Below, one piece after another: positions 14,531 to 26,700 of a DNA stretch of 64,000 nt. Below the pieces are notes generated by a model, which made no database searches, had not been told where the DNA came from, and saw only the letters and a program-made list of their open reading frames with translations. How positions within the stretch are numbered: the first letter of the stretch is position 1; each line of letters starts with the position of its first letter. The DNA comes from Camelus dromedarius. Lineage: Eukaryota. The stretch covers positions 71,796,001 through 71,860,000 of the forward strand of contig NC_087444.1 of assembly GCF_036321535.1 (NCBI RefSeq), given 5' to 3'. The translations under genes were made by a program, and so were the position numbers.

Positions 14531-15701
14531 TGAGAGTTGTTGAGGGGATTGAATGTGTTAATATGTAAAAACCTTGGACCAGCACCTGGCACTAGCGAGC
14601 ATTCAGGACGTGTTAGCCCTTGCTGACGGTGTCTCAGTGATCGCAGTTTCTTCTCATTCTTGCCTTTCAAGGCCTTGGCAGCCCAGCATAATCACCTGAG
14701 CTTCAAAAAATACCTAGTCACATTTCAAGCCTACTGAACCACAATCTTGGGCCTCTGCATTATTTTTACAAATCTCCTGGATGATTCTGACGCACAGCCA
14801 GTGTTGAAGACATCTGGTCAAGAGGTTCAGAACATAGGTGTTTAGAATTGGACAGGTCTGGGTTTTAGAAGCTGTGCCTTACCATTGGTGGACCTAGGGC
14901 AAATTGCTTAGTGTCTCTGTGCCCCCATTTCTTCATACATACAAACACATGTGTATGTATATATTCTTAGTCACAGGGTTGGGAGGATTAAATGAGATTA
15001 GGTATATAAAATTCCATTTTACACAGTACTTGGCCAAGCACTAAGTGCCAAAAACTGCTTTTTAAATTTTCACTCTATAATGTATGCATTCAACAAATAG
15101 GCATTTCTTGCAATGCCTTTACTGATTCAGTCAGTGACTACTTCCCAAGGCAGGTTCTGAGCTAGGTGGCAGGGAAACAGGGATGGGCCTGGCTCCTGTA
15201 GTAGGGGGGCAGACATTTACCAAATGTGGACAGAAACAGAGGGAAGCGCTCTGAGGACAGGAACCCACTGCAGTGCAAGGTTTAGGAGCGCACACTTTGG
15301 AGACAGGTGGCCTGGGCTCAAATTCTGACTGTGCTGTTTCCTAGAGGTGGGACCTTAGGCAAATCACTCTGCCTGCCTCTGTGCCTAGTGTCCACATCTG
15401 TAAAATGGGGATATCATAGTACACCTTCTAGGATGATGGTAAGGATAAAATTGCCTGTGTGTGTGGCCTTAGACTCAGACCTGGAATAGGACATAAATGC
15501 TAACTGTTAGTAAAGAAGAGAAAAAGAGCCTAATAGGTATGCCTGGCAAGGAGGGTCAAAGACATCCTTCCCTTCTTCTGGTCTTTCCATAATCCATCAA
15601 GTTTTGAGTTTTTCTAATTTGTTTCATGAAGACAATAAATATACCGGGTCTAAATATACTGGGTCTAGTTTTTAAATGAGCACGTACCTTCACACACTTA
15701 A

Positions 15702-15989
<288 letters not shown>

Positions 15990-16929
15990 CGCCCCCTGCT
16001 GACTCTGAGGGAGAAGCGCCCAGCGGGGGACGTGGCCGGGGCCCTGCAGCCAAGGAGCTTGGGCCAGGCCGGCCTGGGGTGTGCTGGCTGGTCCTTGGTG
16101 ACACCCTTGGCTCTGCTTGTGCTGTGACTGGAAGACCCTCTTTCTTTGACTCTCTCAAGCTGCCACTCTTCAAAGTCATGGAAGAGACAGACCACTGTGG
16201 AGTGAGAGCCAAAGGAATGAACTTGGCCCCTGCCCTGAGGGAAACACTTGGGCTGAAGGTTTACAGGGACCAAGTGCCAGTTCTCAGTTTTGGTTGGCCA
16301 ACTGTGGACTGGCGTCTGGACCAGCAATACCCACAACCAAATGAATTCTCTGTGGCTTATGTTTTTGTGTTGGTTCCTTCTCCAAAATGGCAGCCTTGCT
16401 TCTGCACCAGTCCAAACCCAACTCCCACAAAGATGCGCCACGCGGGGCCCACAGAGGGTGTGCTCGGAAGCAGGAACAGAGGAGATGGAAGCCAAGACTT
16501 GGGAACTCCAGATTCTGCCAGATCCAAGTGGCAGTAAATCGGTGCTTCTGCAAAACATATTCTGCAGAAACTAGCATAAATAGGTGTTGCATGAACGAGG
16601 GGTTTGAAGCAGGGTGAGACATTAAATGAGTTTCTTCATTGCACCATGTGAATTTTCAAAAGTAAGAGAGAATGCAGTGTTCCCCAAAGTATTTCACCAT
16701 GGAACCCCTTTATTGGGAAGCACCTCACAGAACTAGTGTACCTCAAAAGATACTTCGGCAAACGCTGGGTTTTGTTAGTTTGAGGGCACTTATTGTAGGA
16801 ATGGATAAGACATATCTACATTCACTGTAAACTAGTTAAATAATCCTTTTCGTTTCAGCTGTGGGTATGCAAGTGCGAGCTGGTGTGTGTAACTGCCAAC
16901 TCTAGTGATGGCCCCAGGAATTATTTCTC

Positions 16930-17095
16930 TGCCCTATCTGATTTTCAGGCTCAACTGGGGTGCTTATTTTAAAAAAATGCTCTCCCCAGGGTCCCACCCC
17001 AGATCTACTGAGTCAGAACTTCAGAGAGGGGCCGGGACTCTGTAACAAGTCCCCGAGGAAGTCAGATGATTAGCAAACTTTAGGACACGCTGTCC
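16930..17095. mobile_element. MER5A-like hAT MITE (similar copies near 14700-14815, 29030-29150, 46780-46925)
   Basis: ccaccccagatctactgagtcagaa...aacaagtcccc MER5 signature. Confidence 0.55.
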
Positions 17096-18399
17096 TTAAG
17101 GATGCAGGTTTGGTGCACTCACAGCTGCTCAGCAAACCTACCCCAAAGCAACCCATACAGTGGAGGGTGCCTAGAAAGGGAGTCCTGTGCCGGGTTCCGT
17201 ACCTGCTGATTTTGTGACTCTAATAGGCCGCAGGGATGCCAGGCCAGGATGGAGGGTCAAAGAGTAAAGGTGCACATTGGCCTTCCAAGCCAACTCAAGG
17301 CTGGAGAGGACTCAAGAGAACTCATGGGCTGAAACTCAGGCTATCGGATGAGAGAGGATAAACAGGTCCTTGATTCACGTTCTTCTACAGCAGCTGACAG
17401 TTATGGGGCATCAACTGTGTCCCAGGCCCTATAAGCACTTCGCAGATACCAACTCATTTAGTCTCCCCCCAAATCTGGAGGTAGGTACAATTTCGGTTCT
17501 CATTTTGCAAATGAGGTGGCCAGAGCTGAGGATTACCAACCAGTTATTTACAGAGCCCCGATTCTCACCCACAGCTCTGCTCCCAACCCCCATCTCCTAC
17601 CTGCCCTCCAAAAATCACCTGTGCTGGACCTACAGATTGTTGACAAAAAGTAGCTCCCCCTAAGGCTTTTAACTGGGCCCAAGTTAGAGCGGGGTTGGGA
17701 GTGGGGGCCGGGTACCAACAGCCTCCTAGAGATGGAATTGGCAGAAGTCGAGTTCACAAGGGCAATTGACAGACATCAACCAGGGTGGCAAGAGGGTCTC
17801 AATCACAAGGAGAGTTCCTGTCTGTGCATTCCTTGGCTGGCAGGCATGGTGCAACCCCTTAAAAGTGCAGCATGTCCCCGTCAGCCTCACAGCCATCCAG
17901 AAGTAAGTGACACCATCACCTCTGTGTTGAGAGGGGAAGCAGTGTGTTCAGTTACATCCCCGGCCCTTCATACCTCCCTGCAAGCCATCTTGCTGAGTGT
18001 ACTGCACACTAGGCACTGGGCCAGGGGCCTGGGCACATTTTTCACTTGAATTTGGGTTAAGGATCATGAGCCCCATTTTACAGATGAGGCTGCAGACGCC
18101 TGGCAGGGGGATGACTTCCCCAGCTCCCAACCGTCCCCCAAACTTAGGCTGCCCCAGCTTCCTACTATGAAGGGGCCACAAGGTGTATTTGATGAGTACA
18201 ACTGTTGAGGACTGTAGGTGCAACGGCTCACATATCAGCCTTCTGAGGAATTGTCAGTATTCTCATTTGTCAGATTAAGAAACTGAGCTGCAGAGAAATC
18301 AATTACGGACGATCACAGCTGGACACTTTCCCAGCATGTCTAGATTATTTGTCTCTTTATTTATCCTGCCTAGGACTCGCTGGGCTCACTGGACTTTTA

Positions 18400-19380
18400 C
18401 CTGGCTGGAATTTGTAACCATCGTGTCTTTGAATATTGCCATTACACCATTCTCTCTTCGGATTCTAGAACGCCAGTTCAATGTGTTAGACTTCCTCTAT
18501 CCTCCATAAACATTCTTTTTTTTTTCTCTCTCTCTCTCTGTGCTACTTTCCAGACCCAGCTCTAGTTCAATAAATCTTTGTCTCTAATTTGTTGTGTCTA
18601 ATTTGTTGTTTAGCCCAGCACATTGAGTTTTGACTTTGGGCTATTGTCCACCTGTGGGTTTTTTCCTTTCATTTCCGCTAGGCCGTTATTTAGGTCTGGT
18701 TTCCCTGCAGTTATTTCCAAGCTCTTTTTTTCCCCTTCTAATCTGTGGCTGACAGTTCCACCACCTGAAGTCTTTGTGAGTCTGTTTTTGCTCTGTTGCC
18801 TCTGCTGGATCTCGCTCATGCTGCTTTATTTCCATGCGTATTTCGTTATTTGACTGTTACTACTCACTCTCTAAAAAATTATTGGTGGGGATTCGAGATA
18901 ATAGCTCTTTCTACCAGAGGATTTGTTGGTTTCTGCCAGACATCTCAGCTAGAAGTACCCTGGGACACATTGGTGACACAAACCCAAGCCAAGTACCAGC
19001 CTGTGGCCACAAATTCTCAAGGTCCATTTTTTGCTTTCTTTCTCTTAGTTCTGTGCTTCCCTCAGCGTTTAAAACGTCCTCTCTGCAGTCTTCTGGGTCA
19101 GCCTTATCTGAGCGTATAGTTCGGTGGGATCTCAGCTCCTATTAGATTTCTCCCCTTGGACAGGCTTTGGCCTTGACTTCTGCCTGCTTGTCCCAGTAAG
19201 GCTGCAAATAGGAAATCCAAGTTTGTTCACATCAGCAAGTGTCCTCAGATCAGAAGTGGCTTCAGGGCCCCATGGACCTTTCCCTTAAATTTCTGGCTTA
19301 GTATATGTCCTTAACTGTACTTTATTGGCTATTTGATGCTTTTAAGATTTTTTAACTTCCTGTTTTCTGCAGGAGAGTCT
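18400..19380 (-). mobile_element. Ancient L1 fragment between QPCTL and FBXO46 3' ends
   Basis: T-rich plus strand with tctagttcaataaatctt...ctaatttgttgtttagccca, typical of antisense old L1. Confidence 0.5.
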
Positions 19381-19539
19381 AAATAATCTGGCCTTCCCTC
19401 CATAGGAAACTGAAGTCCCACAAAATCAAGCCAAGATTCAAACCTAGGTCTCTTTGATTCTAAAATCTAAGTATTAAGTAACTACCATGATATACCTTTG
19501 TCTCCTTGAAAATTCTGATTCCTTGATAAGAATGTCAGG

Positions 19540-19985
19540 GACTATTAGCCACCACTCAATATCCATTTTCCCCTCTTCTTTTAGTAAATAATTAACTGAA
19601 TATTTTAAAGCTTCAATTACAGGGATCTTTAGTACGAGTTTTTTGTTGGGCATAATGCACCTGGCTAAAAGACTGCGTTTCCCAGTCTCCTTTGCAGCCC
19701 TTCCATGTGCCTAAAGTTCTGACCTGGGAGGTGTGTATAGAAGTATAGGGTAGTACAACTGGAAGGAAGGGAACTTTCTATAAAATGGTGATGGGTGGAG
19801 CTCTAGCAGCCATCTTGGACCATGAGGATGAGGCCACAGCCAAAGAATGATGAAATAACGAGCTAGAAGAAGCTTGGGTTCCCAATGACTTCAGGGCCAC
19901 CATAATGCCCAACACTGGGTTTCTATAGAAATCAAAACTATCTTGTTTAAGCTTCTACTATTTTGAGATTTCCAAATCCAAACTG
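19540..19985. mobile_element. MLT1-type (ERVL-MaLR) solo LTR
   Basis: gcagccatcttggaccatgagg and tttcccagtctcctttgcagc MLT1 motifs. Confidence 0.55.
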
Positions 19986-21221
19986 ACACAGATGAAGAGT
20001 CAAAAATAATCTCAGGCTGAGGGACTTGGCTAAAGATCCTTCTCTCTCGACTTTCTCCATCTCATCATGACTCCCTTCTCTCCCCAACCCCTTCCACGAA
20101 CAACACACAAACCAGTCTGAGCCCAACCTTATAAATATTGATTTTATACAAAGGACCAATTCAAAATTGGCCAGATGCCACATGTTAGAAGCTTTCCAGA
20201 ACCACAAGGATGAAAAACCAAAACCAAAAAAAAAAAACAAAACAAAAACCCCAAACCCCCACCCAAAAAAACCCCAAAAAGAACAAACAAAATGACCCCC
20301 CAATGAAACTGCCTGAAAATCAAGGTCTTGGTTGACCAAAGGATTCTAAAGAAACACCTGTGGCTGAGGGTGGCGGGACCTCCCCCAGCAACACCTGAAC
20401 AAGTATCCAGAGTGGAAGGAAAAACAACCCAGAAATTCAAACCCACGGTCCCTGCCCACCGGCCCCCCCACGCTGTCAAGAGCGAGGCAAAAGGCTTCAC
20501 AGCTTTTTTTGTGGGGCGAGGAGGGGGGTAGTGATGGCAACAGCTTACATATTGGGAGGAGGGGACTTTTTATACTTCAATTTTCAACTTTTTTCTCCCT
20601 CTCCTCCGTTAGGGGAAGCAGAGAGACTGGCAGCTTGAGGTTAAGGAGAAAATGGATTTTTGTTTTCATGGGGGAGACGTCTAGAAGTGACAGGCTGCCA
20701 GGAAAAGTGCCAAATCTGATCCGTGATCTGCCAGCCCCCCGATTCCTAAAGAGGTGAGCCCTGGTGGAGTAGGTTTCAGGAGAAGAACCAACCGTGGGCT
20801 GCAGCCTCTTGGGGAAAAAACAGCTCCTGAGACCAAGAACTGGGAGACGGAATGGAAGGGGGCCAGAATGGGGGAACCCTTAAGTAGTATGAAAATTAGC
20901 TGCCGTCTGCTCCCTGCTGGTGGGTCCCTGGGGCATGGGGAGTGGCAGGGAGGGTGATGGGGCTGAATGGAGAAGAAATTGAGATGCTGATAAAAAAAAA
21001 AAACAACCTACCCTACTTGAGGGTCTCAAGAGTAGAAAACCAGTAGGGGTCAAGCCAAGTGTTTTCCTGGGTCATCGCCCTGAACCCATCTCAGTTCTGG
21101 AGTGGGGCTCAACGCTGCCCGGACTGGGGGTATGGGCTGGCCACCCAGTCCTGACCCTCGGCTCCCAGCGGGAGGGGGTGGGGGTGGGCATGGTGGGCTC
21201 TTCCCCCCCCCTCCCCCGGCT

Positions 21222-23039
21222 TCACCTCCCCTCCTCCCGGCCGGCCCGTCCCCCGCCCCCGCCCGGCCCATTGCAGGGCAGCACCCAGTTGTTATCGTGC
21301 AGCCCCAGGCAGCAGCCGGGCGTCTCGCGATCAGCTCGGCGGCAGCACATCCAGTAGGAACGTCCATAAGGCAGGTCGTGGTGGTAGGGCTTGGGGTGCC
21401 AGCGGCAGAGAGACACATCGCCCTTTTCGTATCTCTTGCGGCACTGCTTGCAAGGGTCATCGCGGTAGAGTGGGTCGCGGCTCCAGCGTGAGTCTGTGGC
21501 CCGCACGCCGAACGCCTCAATGATACCCTTGAAGTGGTGGCAGGTGCACTTGAGGGCCGCCAGGGCCCGCGTGGGCAGGAAACTGAAGATCTTGACCAAC
21601 ACATGCTCAGGCAGCAGCAGCATGTACTGTCGGGGCTCCAGCAACCGCTGGATCTTGAAGCGGATCTCCAGGAAGTCATGCGACACGTGCCGGTACAGGC
21701 GGCACAGGGAGGTGTCCGCCGTCCCCTCAGCATCGTCGGGGCCTGGCGCGGTGGCCGGCGAGTCCGCTGGGGGTGGCTCGGGCGGCCCATCTGGCCCACG
21801 GGACTGGAGGAAGAAGAGCTGGCCAGGTGGGGGTGGCTCCTCGGGGCTGACGGTCAGGCACACCGTCTCCTCCTTCACGTTTTTGGTGCCGTCCTTACCA
21901 AAGAAGATGCACTCGTCCACCACACCCGTTACCACCACGTCCACATGGAAGCCAGATGCTCCGCAGTCCCGGGCAGGGGGTGGAGGGGGCGCCGGGGGAG
22001 TGTCCTCAGGCCTGGCAGGGGCTGGGGTCTCACCCTCGCTGGCTTCATCTGCCCTGGCCAGCAGGAACTCCACGTTGCTGGGGAGGGCATCCCGAGAGGG
22101 GCTGATAAGCTGGTACAGGTCGCAGGTGATCTTGTCCTTGGCCCGGGCCCCAGGACCTGGGCTGCCAGGGTAGGCACAACCCGGCCGGCCCCCGCTCCCA
22201 TTGGGCAAGCTGCCATCTGGTGTCCGGGGCTCTCGGCCGTTGGAGATCCGGAAGGCGATGCGCACTTCCCCGGGGCCTGGCCCAGGCCGCTCCTCCTTGC
22301 GGAGGCCCTTGGCTGGAGGGTTGTCCCGCTGGGCCTCAAAGTGGGCCACCGCCTCAGCTACACGGCTGCAGTCCCCGCCACCAGCCCGCCGCTCCGACCC
22401 CAGCCCCTTGGCAGGTCCACCCTGCTCAGCCGACACAAAGACCACAGGCGCTGGGGTGCTGGGGCGTGGGTAGTTCTGAAGGGCCAGGGCGGCCCGCTGT
22501 TCCACCAGGGCCACCATCTCGGCCACAGAGAGCAGGTCCACATCCTCGCTGGCTGAGGCTGGGGCCCCCTCAGCAGCAGGGGACCCCTCCTGTCCCCCTG
22601 GGTCTGGTGGAGCCTTTGCAGGCTCAAGACAGCGCCTCCTCCGCTTGGCCTTGGAGCTGTCACTGCCCCAGTGCCCCTTGACCTTCATGGAGCTGGCTCG
22701 GCTGCCCCCACCACACTGGTGGGCCACAAAGAAGGCCACCTTCTCCTTTGTATTCCCGGGCTTGATAACATACCATGTGTCCAGCAAGACTCGACCCTCA
22801 TCGCCAGCAGCTGCTGCTGAAAGAAGCGGACCAGGCTGGGAGGCAGGAGCCTCTGTGGCCAAGGCTGGAGGTGTGTTCTCTGAGTGGGCAGGCCCATGGT
22901 CTGGCTCCGCCCCGTTGCCTGGCTCTGGGCAGGCTGACGGCTTGAGGGCTGCGGAAGGTGGGCGAGGCTGGTTCTGGGAGTAGGTGCCAAAGGGCCGGGG
23001 GCACCACAGCTGGAAGGGCAGAAGGCTACCTCGGTCCAT
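21222..23039 (-). CDS. FBXO46: F-box only protein 46 (605 aa, single coding exon)
   Basis: Intact ORF MDRGSLLPFQLWCPRPF...; F-box LLLPEHVLVKIFSFLPTRAL; C-terminal Cys/His motif; exon acceptor ctccag|GTG at 23118. Confidence 0.97.
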   Translation of the reverse strand: MDRGSLLPFQLWCPRPFGTYSQNQPRPPSAALKPSACPEPGNGAEPDHGPAHSENTPPALATEAPASQPGPLLSAAAAGDEGRVLLDTWYVIKPGNTKEKVAFFVAHQCGGGSRASSMKVKGHWGSDSSKAKRRRRCLEPAKAPPDPGGQEGSPAAEGAPASASEDVDLLSVAEMVALVEQRAALALQNYPRPSTPAPVVFVSAEQGGPAKGLGSERRAGGGDCSRVAEAVAHFEAQRDNPPAKGLRKEERPGPGPGEVRIAFRISNGREPRTPDGSLPNGSGGRPGCAYPGSPGPGARAKDKITCDLYQLISPSRDALPSNVEFLLARADEASEGETPAPARPEDTPPAPPPPPARDCGASGFHVDVVVTGVVDECIFFGKDGTKNVKEETVCLTVSPEEPPPPGQLFFLQSRGPDGPPEPPPADSPATAPGPDDAEGTADTSLCRLYRHVSHDFLEIRFKIQRLLEPRQYMLLLPEHVLVKIFSFLPTRALAALKCTCHHFKGIIEAFGVRATDSRWSRDPLYRDDPCKQCRKRYEKGDVSLCRWHPKPYHHDLPYGRSYWMCCRRADRETPGCCLGLHDNNWVLPCNGPGGGGGRAGREEGR

Positions 23040-23200
23040 TCTGGGGAAATGGTGGCAGACAGGCTGTGATTCACCACATCTCAGGACCTAGATGGTGGTG
23101 GGAGAATCCACAGGCCACCTGGAGACAGGGAAGAGGTGGTAGGGGAGCTGGGGAATAGCCTGCCCTCCCTATATCCCCCTCACCTCAACCTCTCCTTCCA

Positions 23201-23300
23201 GGGGGTAGATATACCTCAGTAGTAGAGTTCGTGCTTAGCATGCACGGGGTCTTGGGTTCAATCTCCAGTACCTCCATTAAATTTAAAAAAAAAAACAAAA
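23201..23300 (+). mobile_element. tRNA-derived SINE (camelid Vic-1-like)
   Basis: A box (tatacctcagtagtagag), B box (gggttcaatctcc), A-rich tail. Confidence 0.8.
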
Positions 23301-24169
23301 AACCTAGTCCCACCTCCCTGGCACAATGAGCAAAATGGAAGGCGGCAGAGGGGATGAGACTTGCTCTTGTAAAACCCAGGGTGTGATTGGAGCTGGCAGC
23401 TTGCTCCAACCTCTGCTGCCTGACTGGCTTCACTCACAATCCAGAGGCTTCCTGCTGCCATAACCTTGAAAGAGAAGTGAAAGGATCAAATGACAGATAG
23501 CTCCCCCTTTTTCTATCTGCTCACCCAGTAACAAGTTCCTGAAAAGACAAGAATTCCCAGCCCTGCACACAGCTGTGGCAACCTGAGCCCACAGAGGAAG
23601 GAATGAGGTGGGCTGGGCGGGGAAAGAAAATCTGAGGTCAGAGCCAGACCGGCCCTTAAGAATTCAGTTCTTCATTTTGTCCGGTTCATGAGGTTCTTTG
23701 AGGATCTCTTCAAGCTGTGTATCCTCATCCAGAAAAATGCACACGCTTGCATGAGACTGTGCAGGTAACTTCCTTAAGCACAGCCACAGACCCCTAGTAT
23801 GAGAAGGCCTGTTCTGGTCTAGATACCTCAAGTTGCTCACAACTGGCTGAGTTTGAGGCTCAGAGTGGGGAAAACTTGTATCACACAAAACCAGGCCCTC
23901 AAACTTAGTTTCTAGAGTTTCCAATTTAGGGCCCGTCATAAGGACCATTTTATTTTGCAATGACTTTGTGTACAAGACCTAACCTGGAGGCAGTTCTGCT
24001 AATGAGTCCAACATGACCACGTTCCACCGCAGGACCAACAGTCTCAATCCCACAGTCTCAATCCTTCCCTGGCCCATCTCCCTCAAGACATATTAATACC
24101 AAAATATCCTTCAAACACTGAACCTTCCGCTTGCTTACTGACCAGCAAAAGCAGTTTGCTGTCTCCTGG

Positions 24170-24372
24170 TCATACTACTTTGAGCCATAGGCCAAATCTG
24201 ACCCACTGCCTGTCTCTGCAAATAATATTTTATTGAAACGTGTTCATTTGTATATGACAGCTTTCATGCTACAATGGTAGAGCTGAGTAGTTGCAACAAG
24301 AGGACATACAGGCCTGCAAAGCCTAAAATACTTATCATCTAGCCCTTTATGGAAAAAGTTTGCTGACCCCTG
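24170..24372. mobile_element. MER58A-like hAT MITE
   Basis: ggccaaatctgacccactgcctg...aaagtttgctgacccctg terminal motifs. Confidence 0.65.
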
Positions 24373-25599
24373 CAGTATATACTGTTTCTCTAAATTCAGG
24401 CAATACCACAGACACAACTAAAACCCCTGGAGTTCACTTCATGGCCCTGGAAACACCACTCAAGATCTAGACAGCCTCCAAATACACACAGACACCAGAA
24501 ACAGAGAGTCCTAATCCTAAAAACCCTTGCCCCAACAACCCCTAATCCCACCTACCCCTACTTACAGGCCCTGCTAAAATCCCACTTTCTTGCTAAAAGA
24601 AAAAAAAAAAAATCACCACACAGCCCCTAAAACCTATACATGGCTAAGTTTACCAACCACCAACATATCTTAATGTCCAGGAATAAAAGTTAGCAGAGCA
24701 AAGGCCATTCATTCTCTATAGATGCAAATATATTCAGACCCCAAATACCCCAAATATCCCAAAATATCTAGACCCTTTCAAATGCTATGTTAAACTTGCA
24801 AACCTAAAAATATCCCTTCCAGCACGGAAAGCCTCAATCTCAACGAACCCCTCACAGATCCCATGCCTACCAAGAACTCAACACACAGCAATTTCCCAAC
24901 TTCACAGATGCCCCAAAAGACCAGTTTCCTGAAATACTCTCCTCAAACTCTTTCCAAACCTCCACATGTATTCCCTAATTCCACAGAAGCCCCCCAACCA
25001 CAAAGTAACTCACTAAAACATAAAAGCTCCCTAATACACAAAACTAATCCCAAGCCGTATATTTCTCAAATTCAAAAGAACCTCCCAAATACTCCCAAAG
25101 AAATGTCGCAAATGTTAATAAAGAGGCGAGTGCTTATTGCACGCTCACTGGGCGCTTACTAGGTACTGTTCTAACAATTCCTGCTAATCCTCCTCCCTCT
25201 CTATGAAGCAGGTAGTGTTATTAGCCCCTGTTTCCACGTGAGGCACAGAAGGTTGAATCCCGTCGGGAGTCAGACTGGCAGGAAGTCAACGGAGCCGAAA
25301 GCCCACCACTGGGGGTCCGGATTGGTACCCTTGGACTCTGCTTCTAAGTCTCCGTGACTCCCCAAATCCTATGCCCACCAAACACCCCAAACCACAAAGG
25401 AGACCCCCCTACAACACAACCGAACTTTCCACACTACAAAAGAATCCAAATCCAAGTCCCAAAGTGCCCCCTAAATTCAAGGGAACCCCAAAGTACCCCC
25501 ACACCCACGCAAAAACTTCCCCAAGCCCTCCAAATATCGCTTAAATGCAAAATTTGTAATCCGCCAACCCCTTAGGCGACCCTCGAAACTTAGACACGC

Positions 25600-25880
25600 C
25601 CCCAAAGCACCCCCAACCCCCACTGCGGGCAGTGGGAGAAGGGGGCAGTGCACACGCGTGTGCACGGGAAAAAACGGCCCGCCCCCTCGCTCCTTTCCTC
25701 CTGCAGCCGCGCAGGCGGGCACCCGACTACTTTCCCTCCGCCCCTTTGTTGACAGACGTGCGCGTGACGCCCCCAGCCAATGAGCGGCGGCCGTTCGGGG
25801 CCGTGCCCATATAAGGAAGGCCTTGGCGAAGGGGCCCAACTTCGAAAGAGGGAGAAGTAGGCGGGAGGTGACGAGGTGGG
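25600..25880. promoter_or_regulatory. FBXO46: Intronic CpG-rich promoter-like element in FBXO46 (probable alternative first exon promoter)
   Basis: CpG cluster with CCAAT (near 25777), TGACG half-sites, CArG box CCATATAAGG (25807-25816), MRE palindrome (25648-25665). Confidence 0.6.
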
Positions 25881-26319
25881 TGTGGAAACGGCCTAATGCA
25901 AGGGAGCGTGGAATAATTCCCAACTTCCTGCTAAACGGAGGAACAAGGCCAGGACAGAGGCCCAAGGCCTTACAAAGGAAAGGTTTATTACGACGTTCCC
26001 TCTAAACAGGAACTCTGATTGATAGCCGAGAGTTAAAGGGCCAAGCAATTCAGGGATTGAGGCTGCAGGACGGAAGGAAGGGGGCCGAAAGATCTACAAA
26101 TGCCTAGCTTTGGTAGGGAATCTTGGGAGCCGAGATTTACTGCTGGGGCGGGGTGGGGTGGGTTGGGGATTGAGCAGCGGGATCACCTCACCCTGAAAAA
26201 CAAACGAGCATAACCCTGCAACGGCTCCGGAGGCACTGAGTCTAAGCCTCTGGGCCTGGCATTCAAGGCCCAGGTCGTGTGGCCAAAAGGACCTCTCTGT
26301 CCCGCCCTTCCAACCAGGC

Positions 26320-26700
26320 GCCTCAAATATGACTCAGATTTAGCACAAGATAAGAATATGAAATATCTCCATAATGGTTTTAAAATATTGATTAACTGTT
26401 AAAATGATAATTTTTAGGATATAATTGAGTTAAATTAAAATGTTTAACTTCCTCTCTTTCGGCTTTTTAAATATGACTACTAGATGATTTTATTCATTAA
26501 TTTTTTGGTAGGGGGAAATAATTAGGTTTATTTATTTAGTTATTTTAATGGAGGTGCTGGGGATTGAACCCAGGACCTTATGCATGCTAAGCCTGTACTC
26601 TAACCACTGAGCTATACCCTCCATAGAAGATTTTAAATTACATGTAAAAAATAAATAAATTACATGTAAGGCTCACTTTATATTTCTATTGAACAACACA
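26320..26700. mobile_element. MER33-like hAT MITE interrupted by a SINE
   Basis: AT-rich body ending ttatatttctattgaacaaca; split by SINE at 26500-26622. Confidence 0.5.
26500..26622 (-). mobile_element. tRNA-derived SINE (camelid Vic-1-like)
   Basis: Reverse A/B boxes; near target-site duplication tagatgatttta / tagaagatttta. Confidence 0.85.

Noticed and set aside
20704-20710. GCACTTT miR-17 family seed match in the FBXO46 3' UTR
   Set aside because: A single 7-mer cannot be supported without conservation data.
21050-22681. Long overlapping ORFs (340, 249, 225 aa) around FBXO46
   Set aside because: Shadow frames of a GC-rich coding exon with no recognisable domains.
23201-23275. tRNA-Ala-like sequences (six copies) as tRNA genes
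   Set aside because: They carry non-tRNA 3' extensions, A-rich tails, TSDs and substitutions that break the cloverleaf, so they are SINEs.
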